NCBI RefSeq assembly: GCF_018977255.1
Contig: NW_024704743.1
Coordinates: 7,380,001-7,444,000, forward strand
DNA length: 64,000 nucleotides
Direction: 5' to 3'
Source: Callorhinchus milii
Lineage: Eukaryota
In this document: one piece after another, positions 1-11,911 of the stretch
Layout of the letters: each line of letters starts with the position of its first letter
Position numbering within the stretch: position 1 is the stretch's first letter
Notes under the pieces: model-generated
The model's input: the letters and a program-made list of their open reading frames with translations, nothing else
Told to the model about the DNA's origin: nothing
Database searches by the model: none
Position numbers and translations under genes: made by a program

Positions 1-384
1 AGTGGAGGTTGAAGTTATTGTGCAATCTCAGCACATTATCCATCCTGTTCAAGATGAAAACTTGGGAGATGCATGCTTTATTTTAATATTCTCCTTTCTC
101 CTCTCAAGGAAGTTGATTCGTACTGCAGTATGATTTCACATGGCTATTCTGGTATGATGCTGGATAATAATATCAATCCTTGCATTTAGCATAGTGTCAT
201 TCATGTCAGGAAGATGTCCCAAAGCGCTTCACAGGATACTACTGTGAGGTGCAGTTTCTTTGAGCTTTGTGGGCAGGCTATTCACCTGTAAGAGGTAACA
301 CAGCTCATCCTGACCCTGTCCTCACATGATGTGCACCACAGATGCACCAGCCATGAACTGTGATCACAAGATTTGTTTGTTTGA

Positions 385-745
385 AGAAGGCTCTTCAGCC
401 CGTCTGATCTCATCCCTCCAAAATGCCAGCCCCCCATCCCCCCATCACGGTATCAAGCTGTTTTTTCAATGAGTCCAATGTCCTGGCCTCAACCACCCTT
501 CCTGTCAACCTGTTCCAGTCATTAATTACCCTTTGAGTGAAGAAAAACTTTTTTATATCTGTCCTGAAATTATTCTTTAACTTTAAACCTATGTCCTCTT
601 GCTCTACAGTCTTGGTGTATCCTAAAGTATTCTTTGGGTTTCCTTTTTCAATCCCATTTAGAACTAATAGCCACAGCTATTAGGCCCCCTTTGAGTCATC
701 TCTCTACTAAAAAGCCCTAGCTCGTTAGTCTTTTCATAGAATAGA
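385..745 (-). mobile_element. Degenerate CR1 LINE 3' fragment
   Basis: Typical reverse-strand CR1 3' motifs (tcaaccacc...ctgttccag..ttaccctttgagtgaagaaaaact..ttaaacctatgtcctct). Boundaries approximate. Confidence 0.6.
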
Positions 746-1709
746 ATCATAGGATTGTATAGCACAAAAAGAGCTGAGCCTTATAAATTAATATCTGTGG
801 TAAACATGCAGTAAGATAATAATATAGTCCTTATGCTAGCTGTTTATGGACAACATCTGCACTATCTCTTGTATTGGAATAGCCTAATGCCAGCATTCCC
901 AGTATACCCATGGTTTGTATTATCATCAAACTGTGTGTGAGAGATAAAAAGGAGACAGCTGGAAATCGGAAATGAGCTGAATCGCTGGAAATATATCAGA
1001 GGTTACAAGAAAATATTTTTTGAGTTTCTCACAATTTTGCTTATCGACTTCTTCTTGCAGATATGTTTTATTTTTGCTACCGCCTGAACAATATTCCTGC
1101 ATTGGATAAAAATACCTCATCTCTTCAAAAAAGTGAAAGGAGTTTCTACCAGCATCCTGGCCAACAATACTCCAGATAAATTAGTTATTCACCTCACAAC
1201 ATTTTGTGGGACCTTGCTGTTTGTAAATGGCTGCTGCACATACTGACATAAACATACTTGACAGTAATTCTACTCGTCACCTCCATTTCACCATCATTGG
1301 CCCTGCTTTCAGCCACTACACCCTGGAGTTCTGTAACTCTCTGCCTCAATCCCTATTAAACACTCCAAGATGCTACCAAACACGAAGGATACTATATAAA
1401 TATAAGTTGCTATTGTAAATATTCCAAAGTGAAAACTAATAATTGTTGCATTTGATGTAGCACCTTATTACATAGATTTTTGCTGTGAATTGTAGTGAAT
1501 GAGTGTTTGTCAGCGAACATCACAGCCAATTTGCACACATCATTATCTCACAAATATCCATGAAGTGAACAGCCAATTTGTGTTAGGGTGATTGTTGGCC
1601 AGAACACTGGGAGAAATTTCCTTTACTTTTTGAATAATGCCATGGGATCTTTATTGTCCACCTCAACTCCGTTTAATGTCTTATCCAAAGGACAGCAACT
1701 CCAACTGCC

Positions 1710-2378
1710 ATCCCCCATCTCCACAATATTGCCTGACTCCACCACTGCCTCCTCACCCCTCAGGGCGCCGAAACCCTCATACATGCATTCGTCACCTCAA
1801 GGCTCGACTACGGAAACGCCCTCCTTGTCGGCCTCCCCAACTCTTCCCTCCACAAGCTGCAGATCATTCAGAACTCTGCAGCTCACGTATTCTTGCGCAC
1901 CAAGCTCCGTGATCCCATCACTCCCACCCTCGCCCAGCTCCACTGGCTCCCCATCCCTCAGCGGATAGAATTCAAAATCCTCGTCCTCACTTCCAAGGGC
2001 CTCCAAGGCCTTGCCCCCTCCTACCTCTCTGCTGACCCCCTGTCAACCTTTTTGTTCCTTCCACTCAGCAGGCTCCAGCCTGCTCCAGGACTCCCGCTCG
2101 ACCCGCCCTACCATCGGAGGCCAGGCTTTTAGCCTCTCTGCCCTCACTCTTTGGAACTCCCATCACACAATCCCTTCACCTCGCTCCCTTTCTTGACTCC
2201 TTCAAGGCACGATTCAAGACCCTCCTTTTTGACTGTGCCTTCAGCCGCCTCCTACCCCCTCTGCCCTCCCTTATCCCAACCATGCCCACCCCCCACCTTG
2301 GGTATTGATCGCTGACTGTTCAGTGCCTTGGGATGTCCTCCCGACGCGAAAGACACTTTACAAATGTCATTTTGTTGT
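1710..2378 (+). mobile_element. L2 LINE 3' fragment
   Basis: Frameshifted ORF2 C-terminus (HAFVTSRLDYGN.., RTKLRDPITPTLAQLHWLPIPQRIEFKILVLT) followed by the tail gggatgtcctcccgacgcgaaa...ttgttg. Confidence 0.85.
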
Positions 2379-5037
2379 GGTTCTTTTTGCGACCCTTCTG
2401 TGCGCAATTGGCTGCCATGTTTCGTCTACAAAATCTAAAGTCAATTCACTTTACAGTATATTCTGTGAACCGCTTTGAGACATCTTGAAGACGTGATAAG
2501 GCGCTATATCAAATGCAAGAGTTATTATTAAATGCAAAGAGCCATAGGTGGGAGGTATTCTGAAATGCACTGATTTTATCTGCTTTGAGTTACTTTGAAT
2601 TCATTTTGTTGGAACATTATAAAGTGAGAGAGAAGAGCAAAGAATGGCCGATTTGCATATAATTAAACATACCATTCTAATGTATGAAATAAAAACAAGA
2701 ATGCTGGCTTCCACAGCAGGTCCGCTGGAAGCCAAGAGGTCTTGTGGCAAGTTATGGCTAAAGTGTTCAACCCATTTAATGTAACTGGTTAACTTGCCTT
2801 GGATTACAGCATGCATTTCAGAGTTATAGCGTGAGTAATGTAGTTTTCATTTACACTAGCAATGAAACATGCAATGAAAGTGGAGTTTCATCAACATTTG
2901 GAAGAATGATTGTGTGTCAGGGAAATCCCCAAAAACTGCACACAGGGTCTTGCACAATCCGCCCCCTACCTTTCTGCTGCATAGGCACCAGTTATGGTTT
3001 CATGTTTTTCTGCACCTTGTGGTTTCTGACTCAGAAATCTGTGTACAATGGCTTTGCAACACACGTGGCAGCTGTTTTGTAAACTGTATACGCCTGTGGT
3101 TTTCTCCCTCAGTCGCCTGTGCATACCCGATAATTTACGGTGACATGTTCCAACTCACTGCCAGAAATGTGCATAGTATACACACTGAGTTTATGTTTTA
3201 AAAATCATGCAATGGAAAGTAGTAAAATTATGGCATTGTGCTTCACTGTTTGGTACTTTTGCAAATGCTGGGAATTCCCTATCTTCATAGATCTGTTAAG
3301 GCTTGAGCCAAATTACTGCAAAAGGAGCCATTTATACGGAACTGCTTTGAGGAAATACCCGTGGCAGTTGCTGATTGCGTTGCAGACCACTGTGGCCTGA
3401 AATGCACAGGATGTGCATTGTATTTAGGAGATGTAAAGGAAAAGGCTGTAACATATTTGTTGCATTCGATAGAAGATACAGAGTTCAGGTGAATTCAATA
3501 ACGCAAATTCGAGGTTGCATTATATGCTTACAAAGTTTTACTGATATTACAGATGCTCACACAAGTAAATAAATCTGTTGCATGCATTCTGTAAATAATC
3601 TTGATTGTGTAAATGGAGTCTTCTGAAATCTATCAAGTCACCATTTTGAAATTGGGTAGGAGGGTAACAGTCCAACTTTGCAAGAAGATTCATTTAAGAA
3701 TAAGAATGCTAACACAGTAAAATGTATGTTGGGCCTTGGACGGTGGCTAAGTAATGGCTTGAAATATGCCTACTAAAAGAACTTTATTCAACAACTTCAA
3801 CAATAACTTATTATAATAATAATCCATGCATTTGGTATAGCACATTTCACGTTGGGAGGACGTCCCAAAGAGCTTCATAGGATTTACTGTGAAGTAGCGT
3901 GACTGTATTTGTAGGGGAATGTGGCAGCCACACAACATACATGACCTCGGTTTAACATCTTATCTGAAAGATGGCACCTCTGACAATGCAACTGTTAAAG
4001 ATTTGATTGAAAACTTAGCGGCTTAAGGGTTAATGAACTATCCAAGGAGTAAAGAAATCGAGCAGTTTAATGCTGTCTCAGCACATCTTAAACACATTGG
4101 CATGGTGCAGACAAAATTATTGTACCACTTCATGATGAACTGACCTTTGTCAAATGTTAAAGAATTTTATACCATGCCAAAAAATGGTGAAATATCACAA
4201 CCCTCTTTAACCTTTAAATATTTTGAAGATTTTTGTTACAATTCCTGGGTGGTCATCTCAGCATTTAGCTATTTTGGATTCCAGGCCTGCTATCTTGAGT
4301 TTGTAGGAATACCTGAAGTCTACCGGCAGACAGTCCATTTGAGGTATAATGAGTGGCTAACTATGTAAAGCACTGGGGCCTGAAATCTCTCATGTTCTTA
4401 GGTTTACAACCATTATCTTAATATTTAAAGTTGTGTGGAATTTTTTTTCACATATCTTTTTGGAACTGAAAAATTAGTTTCTGAATGTAAGACTTTTTTT
4501 CTTAAATTCCTCACAATTTTAAATTTCCAGAGTTAAATTTAAGGTGTTAACATAGGCAAAATCTAAAGTCTTAAATCGAAGATGAGGATTGAGGTCTCTA
4601 AATTTTTATTTTACAAACAGTCAATAATAGCCCTCATTCTGCAGAATTACTGGATTTAGTTGAATTCTGTATCATAATAATAATATTACTAATAATAAGA
4701 ATCCTTGCATTTGGTATAGTGCCTTATTATATTGTTGACATCTCAAAGCTCTTCAGAGGATGTCACTTTAGAGTGTGGTGTCTGTGTTGTAGGGGAATTT
4801 AAGCACAGCTAATTTAAGCGCAGCAATGCCCCACAAATAGCCATTTATGAACAATCTTATTTGGGGTATTTCAGCACTTTGAGATGTCCTCCGGCAATGA
4901 CATGTTATATAAACTGCATGAATTATTATTATTATTAGGACAAACTGGGTCGCACACCTGATGCTCAATTTAATGGAATCTTAATTTTCAATATTCAAAA
5001 GAGGCAATCGCAAAGTATCATTACAAAAAGCTACCAA

Positions 5038-5060
5038 TGTGTGTGTGTGTGTGTGTGTGT
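5038..5060. repeat. (TG)n microsatellite
   Basis: About 11 perfect TG units. Confidence 0.9.
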
Positions 5061-5450
5061 TGGGCGTGTGGGTCTGGATAAGGTCTCTTTGTATTTGGCA
5101 ACCTGCAAATTACTGTCATTTCTTAGGCTGACTGAGGAACTCAAATGAGTGCTTTCCTAACTTTCTGTCTCGCAAGTAGAACATGTCGGACCCCTTTATA
5201 AGCACATTTTCCTTCTCTGTTTGTACCTCCTTATATTGTTCCTGCTCATGTCTTCCACTTGTATCTCCTTTCCCTTTTTGACATGTAGTTTTATATCTGC
5301 CAACACATCCCAGAAATTGCTCAACTGCTCATCCTTCCTCCATAAGCTTGGACAGCAACTTTGTAGTGCTTCACTTCCGTCTAGTTTTCACCTGAAGTCC
5401 ACAATCCCAAATGCTGTGAACAAATGAGTTTAGGAAGTGCATTAGAAAGT

Positions 5451-5750
5451 GTGGAGTCCTGTAGCTCAGTGGTTAGAGCACTTGCTTTTCAAGCGAGAGA
5501 CCTGGGTTCGATTCCCAGCAGGGTGAAACCTTGGGCAAGTTTCCTTACTCCACACGCCTGATAATAATCTCTCAAAAAAAATAATAAATTGGTCATTTCA
5601 ATCCACGACTGTTTGTGGGACACTGCTGTGCGCAATTGGCTGCTGCGTTTCGCCCACAAATATACAGTCAATTCACTTTACAGTCTTCTGTGAAGCACTT
5701 TGAGACGTTTAGAAGATGTGAGAAGCGCTATATCAAATGCAAGGATCATT
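5451..5750 (+). mobile_element. Full-length tRNA-derived Deu-domain SINE
   Basis: Head GGAGTCCTGTAGCTCAGTGGTTAGAGC (A box) and GGTTCGATTCC (B box); core gtttgtgggacactgctgtgcgcaattggctgctgcg; tail gcgctatatcaaatgcaagga. Many copies in the window. Confidence 0.9.
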
Positions 5751-5811
5751 AAGCTTATTACCAGCATTTGACATGAAGCCACAGAATTCTTTATTAGTTT
5801 TTCTCATTTAG

Positions 5812-6023
5812 CCGACAGGTGCCTTCTCCGTAGAATACCACACAAAAAGAGTGGCATCAGAGCGGGTGGCAACACAAAGCATCCTTTCAGTCATCGGGGA
5901 ATGCATTGACCAATTTGCACCAGGATGTGTAGGAATACAGAAGATCCTGAATGCCCGATGCCCTTTGGTGCGGTTTTCCCATCAGCCTTCGGGATTTCAG
6001 TGTGACCTAACGGCCAACAATAG
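5812..6023 (+). CDS. MTPAP: MTPAP internal coding exon (nucleotidyltransferase domain), 212 bp; not in the ORF track
   Basis: ttctcatttag| acceptor and AG|gtaag donor. Translates [70 protein letters not shown](R), matching the vertebrate MTPAP motif [25 protein letters not shown] recalled from the human protein. Confidence 0.96.
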
Positions 6024-6104
6024 GTAAGGAAGTGCCTGTTGCTACCAAACAGAGAAGATGGAGGAGATTTAGCCACAGAGATTTACTTTTAAAATCACTG
6101 ACCA

Positions 6105-6620
6105 AAGCTATCTGATAGGAATCAATGAAGTGGACGCAGATAAAGCTGTTGAGTGAAACCAAGATGAGGGGGGATAAAATAAGATAGCTAGTAGCAAATC
6201 TAAAAGAGAGTTTAGGAGGAACTTCTTCACATAGATGGTGGTGAGAAGGCACGTCTCAAAACCCTCATCATCGACCGTGCCTTTGGCCACTTTCCCTGCC
6301 CTCCACCCTCCCTTACCCCAACCCCCACCCCCTGCTCGGGACCAAATCCCTGGCAGTCCATGGCCTCCTGACATGAAAGGAGCTATACAAATGTAATTTC
6401 ATATTGTGTAGTGAGATTGTAGAATTTACCACCACAAGCTGCAGGAGCAGCAATGAATTTAAGAGGAAACTTGATTCATGCCTGAAGCAGAGGGAATAAA
6501 GATGTGTGGGAAAGGTGGGAGCTCATGTTCAGTAAAAACAATGGTACAAATTAATTGTCCTTGAGGGAGCCGACACAAACATAATGCGTTGAATGGCCTT
6601 TGTTCCGTAAAGTTTTATGG
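6105..6620 (+). mobile_element. CR1 3' fragment interrupted by an L2 3' tail (about 6250-6408)
   Basis: CR1 motifs aggaggaacttcttcacatagatggtggtgaga and tgaatggcct...ttttatg; the insert ends cctcctgacatgaaaggagctatacaaatgtaat; gtggtgaga/gtagtgaga flank it as a TSD-like pair. Confidence 0.65.
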
Positions 6621-7469
6621 AATGGCATGTTTCTGCCGTATTAGTCTATGTAACTATGTCTTATGTTGGAAGATGTGTCCGAGCTGTGGACAGGAAGATA
6701 ATGGCAATGCTCTCTCGTATTTCATGCTAAGATGCGTTGTCCACCAGGAAGCTCACAGGGAGTTCCTGGTATCCACCTAGTGCGGGCTCTAACCCGCGCT
6801 TGTCAGATATCAATCAACCAGTTAGATATGCTCGGGGTGGGGGGGGGTGAGAAGGAGGAGGAGGAAGTAAGTGGGGTCTCCTTGAAGCTGAACTTGCTCC
6901 AAAGTGATATGTTTAGCAATGGAATGTCGGAATTCAGCCAACTCTCTGTGGAGGTCTCTATTCCGGTTCCTGAGCCAGGTGAGTCCACAGTATTCTGGGG
7001 CACTGGTGATGACAGCACAGCCAGCTTGGGTCATCGGCAGGACCTGGAAGGGCAGATCAGTCACTGGAGATAGGAAATCCTCCCACTTAGCTCCTGTTAA
7101 CACCCCAAGACATAGCCCTAACAGGCAGCGTGTTCCTAGCTGAAGCAGTGGGAAAGCTTGCCAGTAACTCTTCATGGCCGGCAACGCAGAATATGATGCA
7201 ACAGTCAATAAAATTCTTAGAAAGCTTTCAAAAGGATCTAGACAGATATCTAAAAGGAGTAAATTACTAGTGAATGGGGAATGGGCAGGTAAATGGGATA
7301 GATATTTAAAAGATCCAGCACAGACTCAAAGGGCTGAATGGCCTCCTCCTGTGCTATAAATTTCCATGGTTCTAAAGTATGCCAGTGGCCTTTTAAAAGG
7401 GATTTACGTTTAACTATACCCATTCATCTGTATGTAAAATTCCGAACTAATCTTTCCCTTTTGTTTTAG

Positions 7470-7696
7470 AATTGCTATGAGAAGCACTGAACTCCTTTAC
7501 ATATATGCTGATATCGACCCTCGGGTACGAGCCCTGGTGTTCAGCATTCGCTGCTGGGCCCGTGTCCATGGCATCACCAGCAGTATTCCTGGAGCCTGGA
7601 TCACTAACTTCTCTTTGACCATGATGGTTCTATTCTTCCTGCAGAGGAGGAAGTCCCCAATCATACAGACACTGGACCAGCTCAGAGACCTGGCAG
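7470..7696 (+). CDS. MTPAP: MTPAP internal coding exon, 227 bp
   Basis: ttgttttag| acceptor and G|gtaac donor. Translates (R)[75 protein letters not shown], with hallmark [18 protein letters not shown]. Phase continues from the previous exon (AG|A = Arg). Confidence 0.97.
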
Positions 7697-8179
7697 GTAA
7701 CTCGGGCCAGGAGATCCATTTGTCCTATGTTTCAACTCACGTTGCTGGTTGTTAGTCTGATGCTCAATACTGTATCATAATCTGATGGAGAGATGTCTCG
7801 CTTTTCTCTAGGAGAGAGCATTTATATAGGTCCCCTGCATGCATGTAGTGTCACAGAGCACTGAATACCTATGTGGGGGAGATTCTTTGGGCTGGATTAA
7901 TCCTTTAATTACTGGGTCATGAAAATGCTTCAGTCCTAATATACTATCCAAGGGCTGGACGGCTTTAGACCCACCCTACACCCAAAAGTCACTTTGAAGG
8001 GTGAGCTCAATCGTGCTACCTGTCACCAGTATATTGTAAAGCTTGGTTCTGTGGTGAGATAACCAGTCTCAGCAGAGCCAGCAGTGGGGATGCTACAAGT
8101 GGCCTCATTTTTCTGTGTTTGGCAAACAGATGAGGGAATCAGGGGAGTAGATCTGAAACACTAAACCTAAAATTGTATC

Positions 8180-8378
8180 AAAACACAAAATACTGCAGAT
8201 GCTGGAATCAAACAAAAACAAAGAGAGCTGGAAAAAATCAGCAGGTCAGGCAGCATCTATGGAGAAAGGAAAGTGAGTTGTGACGAAGGGTCGTGGACCC
8301 GAAACGTTGACTCACTTTCCTTTCTCCATAGATGCTGCCTGACCTGCTGAGTTTTCCCAGCTCTCTCTGTTTTTATTT
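8180..8378 (+). mobile_element. Penelope-type non-autonomous foldback element with 10-bp TSD
   Basis: 65-bp inverted arms at 8214-8278 and 8310-8374 (3 mismatches); loop TGACGAAGGGTCGTGGACCCGAAACGTT; direct repeat aaattgtatc at 8170-8179 and 8379-8388. Confidence 0.75.
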
Positions 8379-9044
8379 AAATTGTATCTGTTTCATTCAT
8401 GTTTTGAAATGTTTTCGGTCCACCTGCTATCTCTTGCAGCGAAAGGAAGTATCACTGCTTTGTTTTGAGAGCCTGGCCATTCTGCATGGATAAAATGATA
8501 TTCACTAATCAGGGAGGCTTTTGTTTCATTTTGGAACAAAACTGTATGCCAAACTAATTGAATTGTAGTTTCACTGCCATTATTCTAAAGCTGGTCGAGT
8601 ACCAGGAAATATTGCAGTTCATTCTAAAGGGGTTATCGTGCACTTGCATGGTTTAATCCACATGTGTCTACAGAGTGTTACTGTCTTGTTTTATTAGTAC
8701 AAGATAAGCACTTTGGTGCGGGTGAATATGCCTATAATGAGGCCAGATAGAGCGCGGAGGAACAGCACATGTTCAATATTACCTCCAGTATGGCACTGCT
8801 CTTAAAAAGTCTTAAAGTGACAGGCCTCTCATCTCACTCCCCTCCCCCCCCCCCCCCTCCATTTATGTGATGGTCTATTTATTTTAATGTGGAGAATGAT
8901 CCATGCTCAATAAATAAGAGAGATTGTATGCACATTTCCACTCCTCTTCCACACACTCCCTTCTATGCTAATGCAATGGCGTTCCTTTTGGGACAAACAA
9001 GCAAAGGATATTGAGTTTTTAATGAAACCGGCTGTTCTTTTCAG

Positions 9045-9137
9045 GACCAAAAGATAAACTTGCCATAGGAGGTCATGACTGCACCTTTGTAACTGATGTC
9101 AGCAAACTAAAGCCATCCCAAAATAGAGAGACTCTGG
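9045..9137 (+). CDS. MTPAP: MTPAP internal coding exon, 93 bp
   Basis: ttcttttcag| acceptor and G|gtgagt donor. Translates (G)[30 protein letters not shown], similar to human [29 protein letters not shown]. Confidence 0.94.
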
Positions 9138-9224
9138 GTGAGTAAAGCGATGTGGAATTCATCATAAACATGAATTCAATTTGGTTTGCAAATTAAATAA
9201 CTTCAGTTTTGGCCTTCTTTACAG

Positions 9225-9298
9225 AGCAACTCCTCCAAGAATTCTTTGAATATTATGGTAGTTTTCCTTTTAAAGGAATGTCCATCAATATAAGAAAG
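9225..9298 (+). CDS. MTPAP: MTPAP internal coding exon, 74 bp (preceded by an 87-bp intron)
   Basis: ttctttacag| acceptor and AAG|gttagt donor. Translates (E)QLLQEFFEYYGSFPFKGMSINIRK, the start of the PAP-associated domain (LLxEFFEYxGxFxF..SINIR). Confidence 0.94.
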
Positions 9299-9932
9299 GT
9301 TAGTATGCTGCAATGTTTGGGTGGGATTTCTCTTCATTTTTAACATATTTGCTGTTTGTTTTTATGTTGATTCAAGCAATGGATCTCCTGACACTGTTGT
9401 GCAACTCTTCAAGAAATCTCCCCTCATCATACGGAACTTCACAGCGGTTTTAACAGATTCAAAGTCAGCTGTTGAACTGTGCGAACGAGAGGTGAATTAG
9501 AATGAAGATACCCAAGGCACCTTAGAGCTATACGGTTGTCAAAGACCGTTAAATACAATGAAACTCCCTTATATAGCGCACATTGAATTATAATGTGGGT
9601 GCCCTGTGGAATTTATTCACTGCATCTGCACACAGCTGCTGCTCTTGAGCTAAAATAGCAACCTTTTAGGTCATTAGATTGCCATCAATGTCACTTTTTT
9701 GCTGCATGAATGATTGGATCGCATCCTTCCAGAGTACCCATCTTTGTCTGCCCATCATAGCTGTAAGCTTTTTTTCAAAGGGGTCATCATGGAATACATG
9801 AGTTTCCTCCAACTTACTATGTGTAGTATCTTTAGCTTTCCATGCTAAACCAAAGGCAATTTGGTTTGCAAATTAAATGACTTTAGTTTTGGCATTCCTT
9901 GCAGACTGACCTCTGGGTAATGAGGTCGTTGC

Positions 9933-9947
9933 TGACGTCACTTCCGC
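9933..9947 (-). promoter_or_regulatory. Overlapping ETS-CRE composite motif (GCGGAAGTGACGTCA on the - strand)
   Basis: The + strand reads TGACGTCACTTCCGC: a full palindromic CRE overlapping an ETS core, with both CpGs retained in CpG-poor DNA. Confidence 0.45.
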
Positions 9948-11593
9948 TTCACAACCACTATGTTGTACCACTGACCCCACTGTTATTACAACGCATTTCT
10001 AAACATGGTCGTGGTGTCATTTTCAGCCAGTAGGAATGTGAAGGAGTAGCTCCATTGTGGTAACCATGTGCACTTATTCTGTTGTCAAACTCCTAGGTGA
10101 AAATCCTCACCAAAAATAGTTGGATCAGTCATCAAGAAGTTGCTGAAGGGAGGGAGGCTTGAGGCCTGAGATTCTCATGGTCATAGCTTTAACACCATTG
10201 CCTTAAAATTCTAAGAATGTGCAGAATTTTGAAATTGTGATTGAATCATAATTTGGAAGCCAGTTTTCTGCTGTTCTTTTTAAGACTGAATTTAAGAATT
10301 TCCCAAAATTTTGCGGAGACCATTGTAGCTTTTAAGAGGGAAGTAAACAAGACATATGAAAAAGAAGAGCTTGAAGGAGTATGGGGATAAAGCGGGGTGG
10401 TGGGATTGAGTTGATGGCCTTGTTCTCAACCGGTGTAGACTCGATGGGCTGGAGTTGTCCATTTCTATGTTTCTATCAAATTTTAAGGCTCTCATCTTAC
10501 AGCTGAAGACCATGAGGCTTTTCTTTCTCAGGCTCTGAGAGGTTGTCGCAGAATGGGCTTATTACTCAGCATCTTTTTCAGACAAGTGGGAGTTATAGTT
10601 CTCAGAAATCCTCTCTGGCCTCAGAGACCAGGCGTTTGTGTGGACGGCATGAGTCACCCTAGACGTGACGAGCCAAACAGCCTCCTTCCATGCAGTAAAT
10701 TTCTATGCTTCTATGAGAAATATGAAAGAGTTGGAAGAAAAGGCTAGGAAAATGGGACTAAATAGATAGCTCTTTCAGAGAGTCAGCACTGTTAGCCGAA
10801 TGGCCTTCTGTGCTGTACATTTCTGTAATTCTATACTTGTTCGCCTGCCAGAAGCTGGGTTCAGAGCAGACTTGTTGGCAGCCTGGGAGCAGGGTCTCTG
10901 TCTGATGAAGGCCAGGATTTGAACAGACACAAAGAAGGGAAGATCAAGGTGGTGGTTGGCCCTATTTGATGTAATCTACTTCCCAGCAGCTTTTACAATC
11001 CTCTAAATATTATAAAACAAATTATTTTAAATATTGAATATTTGCAGCTCAAACACAATAGAGCTGTTCATATCAGCCTGTCCACCAGGTAAATCAGAAA
11101 TGTCATCCGGTAGGGAAGTTCAGAACTGTCATTCAAGCGTTGTTTACTTGCATACAGTGACTTGTCTTACTGCAGGAGGAAGGGTTACAGAGATTTGTTA
11201 TCAAAATTACTTCAGGAAAATTTTCCATGAGTTTGACTAAGATTTCATGTGGCAAACCCTCCTCTCAAGTGTGTCATCTGCATGTGCCTTACAAAGTTGT
11301 TTTGGGTATTGCCGCTACATCACTGCTAAGCAATTTGGAGTGACCTCTGGGTTCATGAGATGACATTATAAAAGTTGGATGAAACTGCCAAAAGCCTACA
11401 TTTTGAAATTCACACATGCTTATTATTCCAACCATATGTAACAACAATATTCCAATGAATAATTCCAAATTTAGATAAGATTTTTATATTTTATCTCAGA
11501 AATAAATAGCTTTCTATTGGTCTTGTTCACCTTTTAAATATATACAAATGTTTTTAAAAGTAAGCAAAATTCTGTGAATAAAAAAGTTTTGTG

Positions 11594-11911
11594 TAATGAT
11601 AATAAATAATAATCCTTGCATTTGATATAGCGCTTTTCATGTCTTCTAGCCATATCAAAGCGCTTCACAGAATATGCTGTAAAGTGAATTGACTGTATGT
11701 ATATTTGTGAGTGAAACGCGGCAGCCAATTGCCTACAGCAGTGTCCCACAAAGAGTCGTGGATTGAAGTTATTTTTGTTTTTTTCTTGAGGGATTATTAT
11801 TATCAGGCGTGTGGCAAAAGGAAACTTGCCCAAGGTTTCGCCCTGCCGGGAATCGAACCCAGGTCTCTCGCTTGCGAAGCTAGTGCTCTAACCACAGAGC
11901 TACAGGACTCC
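11594..11911 (-). mobile_element. Full-length tRNA/Deu SINE
   Basis: Reverse complement of the 5451-5750 family, with head, core and (ATT)n tail. Confidence 0.9.

Noticed and set aside
1..5811. Upstream MTPAP exon with the catalytic FGSS..GCDLD motif
   Set aside because: Looked for it by eye and did not find it; it probably lies 5' of the window.
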